Made by a program: the position numbers and the translations under genes. 49,767 bases of DNA. Source: Chiloscyllium plagiosum. Taxonomy: Eukaryota. The stretch covers positions 83,596,147-83,645,913 of the forward strand of contig NC_057719.1 of the NCBI RefSeq assembly GCF_004010195.1. Reading direction: 5' to 3'. Below the pieces are notes generated by a model. It saw only the letters and a list, made by a program, of their open reading frames with translations, was not told the origin of the DNA and did not search any database. Positions 1 to 10,730 of this stretch are shown here, piece after piece (position 1 is the first letter of the stretch; every line of letters begins with the position of its first letter).

Positions 1-29
1 GAGAAGGTCACATAGACTATAAGTGTAGA

Positions 30-680
30 CAGATTATCTGAGCAGTTGACTAGGTGGCAGATGGAGTATAATGTGATGAAATGTGACGTTATTCGATTAT
101 GGTCACAAGGAGAGAAAAGCAGAATATTTTCTCAAAGGCCCTGAAACTTGTAAATGTTTATGTTCAAGGGAGTTTAGATATAGAAAACAATTACAAAGGC
201 AAATATGGCATGCTGGTCTTCATTGTAGAGCAAGAATAATGAGGTCTTGCTACAACTGTATAGGGGTTCGATCACACCTGGAATACTGTGTGCAGTATTG
301 GTCTCCAATTTTTAGGAAAATGATGCCTGTAACAAAGATGGTGCAAGAAATGTTCAGATTGGTCCCTGGAATGGGAAGGTGATGGGACACTGAGTAAAAT
401 TAACCCTTACCCTGGAGTTTAGGAAAATGAGAGATCCAATTGAAACATCAGGATTGTGAAGGGACCTGACAAGTTAGATTCTGAGAGGTTATCTTGCCTA
501 GTTGGGGGGACATAGGACACAGCGACCCAGTCTCAGAGTACATTTGGGACAGAGTTGAAGAGAAATTCTTTCACTTCACATTCAGAAGTATGTGCCCTAC
601 TGAACAGTGGATGCTTAATGCTTGAATACATAATATATGGCTGAAGAATGCAGAATGTTGGCCTCTTATGGAATTGAAAG
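30..680 (+). mobile_element. Decayed CR1 LINE, RT C-terminal region
   Basis: Translation remnants WQMEYN..KC and HLEYCVQYWSP typical of CR1 ORF2; frameshifted. Confidence 0.75.
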
Positions 681-1743
681 ATTCCCAAGTTCCCACTTTC
701 TCTTTCATATCCCTACTTATAACGTCAACGTCATTGCTGAGCTAACATGAAATGCCTGCTGTCAAACCTAAAATGGCTGACTGACTGATTCCTTCGGACT
801 CTTTTGGGTGGGAAAATGGAGTTGAAGCAGGGGATTGGCCATGATTGCTCTGAATGGCTGGGCAGGCACAATGGGCCAGATAAGCCCACTCCTGTTCCTA
901 TTTCCTATGATTTTCTTTTAGGTCATGTGACTACCTCGCTGGTAATGCGTCCAATCGGAGGCAATGCCAACAGCAGCTCAGAAAGCAGAAGGCAGCTTTG
1001 GAAGACTCCCAGCTATGTGTTGTTGGACACAGTGTTGAGTGCACTTTCCAAAGCAGTTTGGAACACATGTCATTCATTTAAGAGGAATTGGAAACAGCAG
1101 AGTTATTCACTCAGCTTTTCTAACTCCATTAATCACTCGCAGACATGTTTCTTTAAATACCAAGAGTAAATTAACCCCCCACCTTCAGCAACTGCTGTCC
1201 AAGCCCAGAACTGAACATTGAACTGCACATTCATTCACTGCCGGTACATCACTAGCCATTGTTCAATTATCTCATTGCTTAGACTATGACACATCTATGC
1301 CCTCAAACAGACTTTAGTGGTTGCTTCACTCCACATGTGGTAATGAGTATCATTATCAATACGACAGGATCATGTTGTCTAGCTCCTCCTTAACTCCAAC
1401 CAGAATGCTATGAATGAGTTTGTCCAGATGTCCCACGACACTGAAGTGGTCAAATCACACAATCTGGTACCAATGCAAAACAGTCCAAATTTTATTGGGA
1501 ATCAAGTTATGATGGTTTTTACTACAAAACAATGCTCTCTCTAATTCGATGTGGCCTTTTTGAGCTGACAATACTTTCCGAGTCTCTTGTAGATTTACGC
1601 AGTTGATCTCTCTCTGGGACTGCAAAGCTGCTCTCCATTCTTCTATCTCTCTCCCTCTCTCTCTCTCTCTCTCNNNNNNNNNNNNNNNNNNNNNNNNNTC
1701 TCTCGCGATCTCTCTCGCGCTCTCTCGCGCTCTCTCTCGCGCT

Positions 1744-2319
1744 CTCTCTCGCCATCTCTCTCGCCATCTCTCTCGCCATCTCTCTCGCCATCTCTCTCGC
1801 CATCTCTCTCGCCATCTCTCTCGCCATCTCTCTCGCCATCTCTCTCGCCATCTCTCTCGCCATCTCTCTCGCCATCTCTCTCGCCATCTCTCTCGCCATC
1901 TCTCTCGCCATCTCTCTCGCCATCTCTCTCGCCATCTCTCTCGCCATCTCTCTCGCCATCTCTCTCGCCATCTCTCTCGCCATCTCTCTCGCCATCTCTC
2001 TCGCCATCTCTCTCGCCATCTCTCTCGCCATCTCTCTCGCCATCTCTCTCGCCATCTCTCTCGCCATCTCTCTCGCCATCTCTCTCGCCATCTCTCTCGC
2101 CATCTCTCTCGCCATCTCTCTCGCCATCTCTCTCGCCATCTCTCTCGCCATCTCTCTCGCCATCTCTCTCGCCATCTCTCTCGCCATCTCTCTCGCCATC
2201 TCTCTCGCCATCTCTCTCGCCATCTCTCTCGCCATCTCTCTCGCCATCTCTCTCGCCATCTCTCTCGCCATCTCTCTCGCCATCTCTCTCGCCATCTCTC
2301 TCGCCATCTCTCTCGCCAT
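1744..2319. repeat. Perfect 12-bp minisatellite (CTCTCTCGCCAT)48 within a (CT)n tract
   Basis: 48 identical units; flanked by CT and CTCG variants and a 25-N gap (1674-1698). Confidence 0.95.
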
Positions 2320-2657
2320 CTCTCTCGCCTTCTCTCTCCCTCCCTCGCCTTCTCTCTCTCGCCTTCTCTCTCCCTCTCTGGATGGTCAGCTGGACTGTCT
2401 TTGCCATGCTGGTCTCCTCAGAAGATTCAAGAGCATCCAAAACAGAGGTCTGCAGGTGAGCCCTGTTTTTATCCCTTTTTAGATGTTTTTTTCTGGAACT
2501 TTCCATAGTTCTGGCTAATCAGGGAGATCCACTTAATAGTGTGACACATTGTCAACCATTTGACTGGCGTGCCACTGTTGTGTAGCAGGACCCAGTGCCC
2601 TTCTGTCTGGGCCCTTGTTTGTTAGGTGGAGAACCAACTGGGGGTATATCTGTCCGT

Positions 2658-3140
2658 AGAGTCACAGTCATACAGTCACGGCAACATGGAAACTGACCCT
2701 TTGGTCCAACCAGTCCATGCCGACCATAATCCTGAAGTAAACTAATCCCACCCGCCAGCTCTTGGCCCATTTCCCTCCAACCACTTCTTATTCATGTATT
2801 TATCCAAACATCTTTTAAACTTTGTAACGGTACCCGCATCCACCATTTCTTCGAGATATTCATTCCACTCATAAACCATTCTCTGTGGAAAAAGGTTGCC
2901 CCTCGTGTCATTTTCAAGCTTTTTCTCTCACCTTAAAAACATGCCACCGAGTCTTCAAATCCCCAACCCTGCCATTCACCTCATCTATTCCCCTCATGAT
3001 TTTATAAACCTCTATAAGGTCACCCCTCAGCCTCCTACACTCCAGGGAAAAAGGTCCCCACCTATCCAGCCTCTCCTTATAACTCAAACCCTCCATTCCC
3101 AGCGACATCCCTGTTAGATCTTTTCTGAACTCTCTATCTT
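2658..3140 (-). mobile_element. CR1/HER1 LINE 3' end
   Basis: Minus-strand GLSYKERL..SLECRRLRGDLIEVYKIMRG and a (GACTCT/GACTAT)-type tail at the left end. Confidence 0.85.
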
Positions 3141-3150
3141 AATAATATCT

Positions 3151-3281
3151 TTCCTGGTAAAAGGCTTTTGCCTGAAACATTGATTTTCCTGCTCCTCGGA
3201 TGCTGCCTGACCTGCTGTGCTTTTCCAGCACCACCTTAATCTTGACTCTAATCTCCAGCGTCTGCAGTACCCACCTCCACC
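3151..3281 (+). mobile_element. Penelope-like terminal fragment with decayed hammerhead motif
   Basis: ttcctggtaaaaggcttttgcctgaaac...gatgctgcctgacctgctgtgcttttccagc...ctccagcgtctgcagt, matching other copies in the window; flanked by taatatc(t/c)ttcctg duplication. Confidence 0.7.
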
Positions 3282-3332
3282 TAATATCCTTCCTGCACAC
3301 AGTAATCCAGGAGAGGCTGCACAAACTCAACA

Positions 3333-3785
3333 TAGAGTCATACAGCATGGAAACAGACCATTCGATACAACCAGTCCATGCCGGACATAATTCCAAACTA
3401 AACTAGTCCCACCTGCCTGCTCCTGACCCATAGCCCTCAATAGCTGTCCTATGCATGTACCTATCCAAATGAGTTTCAAACATTGTATTTGCACCCACAT
3501 TCACCACTTCCTCAGGAAGTTCATTCCACATGTGAACCAGTGTTTGTGTAAAAAAATTTACCTTTCATGTCTTTTATAAATCTCTCTCTTTTCACCTTAA
3601 AAATGTGCCCCCTATTCTTGAAATCCCCCATCCTTGGGAAAAGACAACTGCCATTAACTCTATTTATACCTCTTACTATTTTATAAACTTCTATCAAGTG
3701 TCCTCTTAAGCTCTTATATTCCATTGAAAGAAGTCCCAGCCTATTCAGCCTTTCTTAATGACTCAAACCTTCCATACCCAGCAAC
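3333..3785 (-). mobile_element. CR1/HER1 LINE 3' end
   Basis: Minus-strand LRGHLIEVYKIVRGINRV..RGHIFKV; tail catagagtcatac. Confidence 0.85.
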
Positions 3786-3788
3786 AGG

Positions 3789-4070
3789 TAGGCAGTGAGG
3801 ACTGTGGATGCTGGAGATCAGAGTTGAGAGTGTGGTGCTGGAAAAGCACAGCAGGTCAGGCAGCCTCCGAGGAGGGGGAGAGTCGACGTTACAGGCATAA
3901 GCCCTTCATCAGGAATGAGGCTTGTGGACCATGGGTATGAGAGATAAATGGCCCCCAGCCCAGAAGCCTCATTCCTGATGAAGGGCTTATGCCCGAAACA
4001 TTGATTCTCCTACTCCTCGGACGCTGCCTGACCTGCTGTGCTTTTCCAGCACTACACTCTCAACTCCTAT
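3789..4070. mobile_element. Penelope-like inverted terminal pair with 11-bp TSD
   Basis: Two inverted arms around a ~40-bp spacer; TSD ccagcaacagg at 3778-3788 and 4071-4081. Confidence 0.8.
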
Positions 4071-4079
4071 CCAGCAACA

Positions 4080-4800
4080 GGATCGGTGCTGGGCCCTCAA
4101 CTTTTTGTCATTTACATAAATGATTTGGATGCGAGCACAAGAGGTACAGTTAGTAAGATTGCAGATGACACCAAAATTGGAGGTGTACTGGACAGCGAAG
4201 AGGGTTACCTCAGATTACTACAGGATCTGGACCAGATGGGCCAATGGGCTGAGAGGTGGCTGATGGAGTTTAATTCAGATAAATGCGTGGTGCTGCATTT
4301 TGGGAAAGCAAATCTTAGCAGGACTTATACACTTAATGGNNNNNNNNNNNNNNNNNNNNNNNNNNNNNNNNNNNNNNNNNNNNNNNNNNNNNNNNNNNNN
4401 NNNNNNNNNNNNNNNNNNNNNNNNNNNNNNNNNNNNNNNNNNNNNNNNNNNNNNNNNNNNNNNNNNNNNNNNNNNNNNNNNNNNNNNNNNNNNNNNNNNN
4501 NNNNNNNNNNNNNNNNNNNNNNNNNNNNNNNNNNNNNNNNNNNNNNNNNNNNNNNNNNNNNNNNNNNNNNNNNNNNNNNNNNNNNNNNNNNNNNNNNNNN
4601 NNNNNNNNNNNGGTGGAGGCTGGTACAATTGCAACATTTAAGAGGCATTTGGATGGGTATATGAATAGGAAGGGTTTGGAGGGATATGGGCCGGGTGCTG
4701 GCAGGTGGGACTAGATTGGGTTGGGATATCTGGTCGGCATGGACAGGTTGGACCGAAGGGTCTGTTTCCATGCTGTACATCTCTATGACTCTGACTCTAT
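4080..4800 (+). mobile_element. Young CR1/HER1 LINE 3' part (RT domain plus tail) spanning an assembly gap
   Basis: GSVLGPQLFVIYINDLD...SKIADDTKIGG...WLMEFNSDKC; 272-N gap 4340-4611; tail ctctatgactctgactctat. Confidence 0.9.
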
Positions 4801-4812
4801 AAGTTATCAACC

Positions 4813-5290
4813 CAGAATCGCCAAGCAGAAACTGAAAGCCAAGTTCTGTACCCATGAAGACAGGCTCAATCGTGATCTTGTGTTCATGTCACGCTACATG
4901 TACCCCACCATACTGTTCTGTGTAAGATCATGCTTACTGTCCTGTTTTGACACTATCATCTTGATAACTTGTTATGATTTCTCTATCTCAATTAGTTTGT
5001 ACAGTTTTGTTATTTTAGTTTGACCCTTGTCATTCGATACAAACACCCATTATGTTAGTCCAGCCATTTGGTTTGTCTCTCGCTCCACCTTATTTTTGAT
5101 TTTTTTGTCATTATCCCTCTGCCTCAGTTAATCTGATCATAGGTCATCCCTTCACTTGATATTCAGTTGTTGACACTTTACTCACACCATCTGACACTTT
5201 TGATCACTTGTGGACACTCCACTAACACCATTCACACCTTTTGATGGTCTTAAATACCTAGAATTATCTTGCAATAATCTCTCTCGACAT
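4813..5290 (+). mobile_element. Penelope-like element fragment: GIY-YIG endonuclease C-terminus plus 3' UTR
   Basis: RIAKQKLKAKFCTHEDRLNRDLVFMSRY resembles the PLE endonuclease end (E-x-x-x-I...T...GLN); T-rich UTR follows. The right boundary is approximate. Confidence 0.6.
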
Positions 5291-5411
5291 TTGGAACTGT
5301 CTCCCTAGCAGGCTGAGGTGTTGGGATAATTAGAGCTTTCAAGACTGAGATTGATAGATTTTTGTTGGGTGAGTACATTAAGGATACAAAGTGAACCTTC
5401 TCCAGCAATTT

Positions 5412-5620
5412 GGAGAAAGTGAGGACTGCAGATGCTGGAGATCAGAGCTTAAAAATGTGTTGCTGGAAAAGCGCAGCAGGTCAGGCAGCATCAAAGGAGC
5501 AGGAGAATCGACGTTTCGGGCATAAGCCTTCATTCCTGAAGAAGGGCTCATGCCCGAAACGTCGATTCTCCTGCTCCTTTGATGCTGCCTGACCTGCTGC
5601 GCTTTTCCAGCAACACATTA
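5412..5620. mobile_element. Penelope-like inverted terminal element with perfect 70-bp arms and 11-bp TSD
   Basis: Arms 5454-5523 and 5550-5619 are exact reverse complements; TSD tccagcaattt at 5401-5411 and 5621-5631. Confidence 0.88.
5533..5567 (+). ncRNA. Minimal type I hammerhead ribozyme motif (core intact, weak helix I)
   Basis: CUGAAGA(5536-42)-A-GGGC-ucau-GCCC-GAAA-C-GUC; predicted cleavage after 5563. Confidence 0.6.
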
Positions 5621-6550
5621 TCCAGCAATTTCACTACTACTGATGTAAGGCTCTTAGGCCATAATTTCCTGAATTTATCTCTGCTGCCTTTCATAAACAC
5701 AGGAACAACATTGGCTATTCTCTAGTCTTCTGGGACCATGCTTGTGGTTAAATAGGATTCAAATATCTCTATCAAGTCTCCAGCAATCTCCTCCCTTGCC
5801 TCCTTCAATATCCTGGGATAGACCCCATCAGAGTTTGGGGACTTATCTACCTTAATATGTTTTAAGATACGCATCACCACCTCCTCCTCCTTTATATTGA
5901 CATGCATTAGAATATCAACATACTCTCCTTAATCTTATCATCCGAATCTTTGGTGAATACAAATGCAAAGTATTCATTAAGGACATCCCCCACTTCCTCG
6001 GGCTCCTTGCATAAATTCGCTCCTTTGTCTTTGAGTGGACCTATCCTTTCCTTAGCTACGCACTTGCTCCTAATATACATATAAAATGCGGACTCTCCCT
6101 AAACAACTTGTCAGTTCATGATCCCCTTGTTTAAATTATTTCCTGCTTCCTTACATATTCCAGACTCTACTTTGATTAAGATTAGATAACCCTACAGTGT
6201 GGAAACAGGCCCTTCGGCCCAAAAAATCCACACCAACCCTCCAAAGTGTAACCCATCCAGACACAGTTCCCTCTGACTAATGTACCTAACACCACGGGCA
6301 ATTTAGCACGGCCAATTCACCTGACCTGCACATCTTTATACAATGGGAGGAAACCGGAGTACCTGGAGGAAACCCACGCAGACACGGGGAGAATGTGCAA
6401 ACTCCGCACAGACAGTCACCCAAGGCTGGATCTGAACATGCCCTGAAGGACCTTTTCTGATTTCAGTTTTCTAAATCTTACCTATGCTTCCTTTCTCTTT
6501 TTTGACTAATCTATCAATATCACTTGCCAACCAGGGCTCCCGAATCTTGC
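5621..6550 (-). mobile_element. CR1 LINE internal ORF2 fragment, interrupted by an HE1 SINE
   Basis: Minus-strand LKHIKVDKSPNSDGVYPRILKEAREEIA...VPED. Confidence 0.8.
6172..6437 (-). mobile_element. HE1-type V-SINE
   Basis: Reverse complement of the V-core (gtggagtttgcacattctccccgtgtctgcgtgggtttcctcc) and CR1-like tail with tctaa repeats. Confidence 0.88.
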
Positions 6551-6589
6551 CATGTGGATCATCAAAAACTCACATGCCACGTATCACAA

Positions 6590-6900
6590 AGATTAAACAC
6601 AGAATAAAGCTTCCTCTACACTGTCCCATCAAAGTCTCCCAGGGCAGGAGCCATATAAGTTAAATTCAGTGTGAGGGTCCTTTTGCACTTTACCATAGCA
6701 GGAGCCATATGGAATAGGTATAGGCTGAAACTCCCTTTTTGCTGCCCCATTAGACCCCAGGGCAGATGCACACTGAATAATGCTTCCTCTATTAACACCA
6801 GGACAAGTATGACATGAGGAAGTGAAGCTAACTCCAAAGACATGTGCTGAATCAGTTAAAGACAGCATAAAGCTTCCTGTACGTCATTTGAAGAATGTGC
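6590..6900. repeat. Degenerate minisatellite (ataaagcttcctctacactgtcccatcaaa...caggg units)
   Basis: Recurrent ataa(a/t)gcttcct at about 6605, 6777 and 6867, and gcaggagccatat twice. Confidence 0.45.
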
Positions 6901-6924
6901 CCCAAGTGCAGCCAATTAGAATAT

Positions 6925-7072
6925 AGCTCAGTGGTCAGCACTGGTGCCTCCCAGCGCCAGAGACTCAGGTTCGATTCCACCCTCAGGCAAATGTGGAGTT
7001 TGCACATTCTTCCCATGTCTTCGAGAGTTTCCTCCCATAGTCCAAAGATGTGCAGATTAGGCGAACTGCCCT
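6925..7072 (+). mobile_element. Degenerate HE1 SINE 5' half
   Basis: tRNA-like A box (gctcagtggtcag) and B box (ggttcgattcc) followed by the V-core. Confidence 0.75.
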
Positions 7073-7189
7073 GTTAAAAATGCTGTCTTTCAACCTGAGA
7101 CATTTAAAAATGTTCTTGCCTTGACATTCAGATTGACATAACACTGGGCTTGGAGGTGCAGAAAGGGACATTGAGGGGACAGCTCAAGG

Positions 7190-7865
7190 TGGGAATGTGT
7201 AAGTGGACCTAAGATATTTTCTAAATGGTGAGAAACTAAAAATGAGTTATGGACAAACTATCAACTTTAGGAGTGAAAGTACAAAAATCAGCAGTAAACG
7301 ACCTGGGATGGAGTAGGGAACAGATTGTGTCTGAGTTCTGAGGAGCTTTGATCGAACCCCAAGCAATGTTGTTTTCTGCTTTGAGCACCCTACCTCAGGA
7401 AGGTCATACTGACTTTGGACTGCATGCTGCACAGGTTTAGCACAATTATACCAAGCTTAGAAGGTCAAACTGTGAACACAAATTGCAAAAAAACATGCCT
7501 TGTGTTCTCTTGAGTTAAGGAGAGTTTGGGAGAGCTGGTTTGCTTGAGGTGCTTAAAATGTTACAAAAAAACTCAAAGGTCAATGTAGGATTAAAAAAAT
7601 CTTCCTCCAATGGGAGACCGAAGGACAAGACGACAACTTAAAATTAGAGTTAGGACCTTCAGGACAGGAATAAGGGAGCATTTCCCACAAATTAGAAAAG
7701 TGGAAATGTCTTCCCAAAAGCCTGACATTGTTGGGATAATTAGAGCTTTTAAGACTGAGATTGATAGACTTTTGTTGGGTGAGTATATCAAGGATACAAG
7801 GTGACCTGCTGGAACAACCATTCGTAGGAAAAATTGGCTGAATGGCTTCCTACTGTTCCGATAAT
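7190..7865 (+). mobile_element. Old CR1 LINE 3' fragment
   Basis: CR1-like ORF2 end (IRAFKTEIDRLL) and tail ggctgaatggcttcctactgttcc. Confidence 0.6.
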
Positions 7866-7889
7866 CTTCCCATAATTGCACTACTTTGT

Positions 7890-8100
7890 GCAAAACAGTT
7901 CCCCTGGTCTCTGAGTCAACACTTACCCTTCAACTAACAGCCCTAAATTGGTTTAGTTGGTCAATCTCTCTCTCAGTTCTGCTGGTGGGATCTTTCTTGT
8001 TTTCCTGAAAAGCCAATGCTCCTTCAAAAGTACTCCACTGACAATAAAATGCATTGGAACCACCTGCACAGAGCCCTATCCAAGTGCAAGGTCTTTTCTC
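7890..8100 (+). mobile_element. Deu-SINE-like 3' half
   Basis: ccttcaaaagtactccactg...gccctatccaagtgcaaggtctttt resembles the AmnSINE1/SacSINE1 tail as I recall it. Confidence 0.45.
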
Positions 8101-8364
8101 TATTTTATTGTTATACCTCCTGGACTATCCTTCCTTATGAGATACTGGGGACACCATACACGAGATTCTCAGAGCTCCCATATGCACAGTTTGTAAGATT
8201 AAGCCAGGGCAAAGGAAATTGACATCATGCTAACAGGGAAGCGAGAACACAGAACACGAGTTCTGGGGAGTTACCCAGAGAAAAGGAAACCACACAGAAC
8301 AGCAGCGACATGTTTTGATGCAATGATAATCTTGTTGTTTCTTTGACCTTATTTCATGGCAATC

Positions 8365-8490
8365 AAGCCACTGTATTGGCATCAGGGAGTGAGAGCCCTG
8401 GCTGATTTTTTTTCCTCTCCCAGGGTTCAGTTCCTAGCATCATCCAGTTGAGATGAATCAATTGTGGCAGTCTGGAGATCAAATGGTTGG
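8365..8490 (-). mobile_element. LF-SINE-like fragment
   Basis: Reverse complement gggagaggaaaaaaaatcagccagggctctcactccctgatgccaatacagtg resembles the recalled LF-SINE core gggaggggaaaatcagccagggttcccgctcctgatcgctatccagtg. Confidence 0.5.
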
Positions 8491-9860
8491 ATTGCTTGGA
8501 TGGTACCGGCATGGACCCTGAGGGTCATGGAGCTGATTGTTGCTTTGGATAGAGCTCTGCAGCTGTGACCTCATGGAGTTCTACTGACATCATGAATTGG
8601 AGAATGGGAATCTGAGAGGGTCTTTCAGCAGAGGTCTGGTGAGGCTCCTCAACATCAGTCAGCTAGTACATTGAGGCAAATGAAGGCATCATATTGAATT
8701 TCAAGCCTCCTGCAATCTCTCATCCACATAAAATCCATGCATGGTGACTTAAGAATGTCTCTAAGTTCCAATCGTCCCAACCTTCAGTAGTCCTTTCCCT
8801 GCTTGTGCATGTTTAGCCCCTTCTTACGTTTTCATCCTTCATCCAAAACCCTTCAGTTTTCTTATGCAATCTGTACTGGAGCATGGGTAATTTTCGCACT
8901 GGTATGAAACTAGAGCTCATCGCGGTGGGGGATCAATTTGGCTGCCCCTATCGTGCCATGAGAGGGGGATTCAATCTGAGGGGAAGGTGTTTGTGTTCAG
9001 TAAGATATCCTGAGTGTGCTTGGCATGTGAGGTTCCCTTTGTAATTCAGTGAGTTCCTCCAGTCAGGATACATCAGAAGGCTCCCAGATGCAATTCTTGC
9101 ATCGTGCTGATCTCCATAAGATTCATAGCAAGGAGATCAGAATTGGCCTCGGTTTTCCGAGGCTGGAGAATGGTGTGTGGAGAATTACCTACAGTCCCCC
9201 TCCTGACTGCTATCTTTAGCCCAAGTGAACTTCTAAGTGCCCTTATTTTCAGAGATTCAAAACACAAATGTCAGAGAATCCAAACAGTAGGGAAATGTTA
9301 AATCTCATTGGAATCCCTCCCTCTCCCCCCTACACACACCACCCCACTTACCCACCACCCCCCCCCCCCCCACCCCACCCCAGCCCGCCCCTCAAATGCA
9401 GTGACACACCCATTCTAAATGAACAACTTTTCACCGAGCTCAAGAAGCTGTGACATATTTCTCCCAAGGTACCACTGATATAAGCAAATTACATTGGTAG
9501 ACATGCTCAATGAGGTAATTTGTGCAAAGTATATTACCGTGGCAACAGTTTACTGCACACAAATTACCGTAGTGACAACTAAACAATGCACATATTAGTA
9601 TAAGGACATTACCATGGCAACACTTTATCATGTACATGTTACTATGGTGACATAGGCTCCTTTAGGAAAATTGATTTGTTCTGGATATTTCAGGTAGCTG
9701 AGTCCAACTTTAGTAGACAATTTGCTCCATAAATCCTTTGACCCAATCATGGCAGCAGCCTGTCACCATAAAAGATGGCAGAAATCCCTTTGATTTGCTC
9801 TACAATACCACGCAAGGACATAGGTAAGTGTTTCTTTGTCAACTGGTACAAGGTAAAAGT

Positions 9861-9943
9861 GCTGACAAAGGGTTTTGGTCCAAAACATTGACTTGCTGCT
9901 CCTCAAACGCTTTCTGACCTGCTGTGCTTTTCCAGCATCACAC
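9861..9943 (+). mobile_element. Decayed Penelope-like terminal fragment
   Basis: ctgacaaagggttttggtccaaaacattgac...ctgacctgctgtgcttttccagc; hammerhead core mutated. Confidence 0.6.
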
Positions 9944-10299
9944 CAATTGAGGTTAGGGTAAACATTGCTTGCTGGCGCCACTTTCCATCAGACATATGTG
10001 GTCACCATCCAACATCAATCTCAAAGAACATTTGAGGCAAAGATGGCTCTCACTGGATGCCATATTTGCCAAGCCCAAAACTGACTAAAGTGAGGACAGT
10101 GACGTTTGCAAAGGTGATAGAGAAATACATGATCTGGGCATGCAAAAGAACTTTACATTAATTGGAGTTTGTGGAGGTTCTGAGGAGCCAGTTATTGAGT
10201 TGATGAAAATATATACAAGATATTTACATCAGAAGATGGCTCAGGAACAGGCTCCGAGATGATGAACGGGCTTCTAGCATTTGCTTTGCGGAGAGAGGC

Positions 10300-10730
10300 A
10301 AACATCAATAAGTGATATCTCACATCACAGGGTGCAAACGTAAGCAGAAACAAATTGGATATAACAAACTGGGTGGTAGCAGGACTCAACAGGATAGATG
10401 CAGGAAATATGTTTCCCTGAGCTGTAAAATCTACAAACAGGTAACATAGCCTCAGCATAAAGGGGAGGCCAGTTAGGACTCAGATGAGGAACAATATCTT
10501 CACCCAAAGAATGGTGAACTTTTGGAATTCTCTACACCAGAGGATTCTGGGAATTCAGTCATTGAGTATACTCAAGGCAAAGATTGATAGGTTTCTGCAT
10601 ATGAAAGATACAAAGGGATGGTGACAGAAAATGGTATTAATGTACAAGATTAGCCGTGATCCTATTGATTGGCAGAACAAGCTCGAGGAGCCAAATGACC
10701 TATTCATGGTCTTATTTCTCACATTCCCAA
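10300..10730 (+). mobile_element. CR1 LINE 3' end
   Basis: gatgaggaacaatatcttcacccaaagaatggtgaac...gattgataggtttctg and CR1 tail ggagccaaatgacctattc. Confidence 0.7.

Noticed and set aside
1744..2319. CRISPR-like appearance of the regular array
   Set aside because: No spacers, eukaryotic context, no cas genes.
1522..2508. Long ORFs (MARE)n, (RHLS)n and (ERDG)n
   Set aside because: Products of a stop-free 12-bp tandem repeat that crosses an N gap; no gene context.
4038..4855. ORFs of 113-208 aa
   Set aside because: Inflated by the 272-N gap; the coding part is CR1 reverse transcriptase.
9318..9393. C-rich tract (G-quadruplex on the minus strand)
   Set aside because: Such tracts are common throughout the window; nothing specific supports function.
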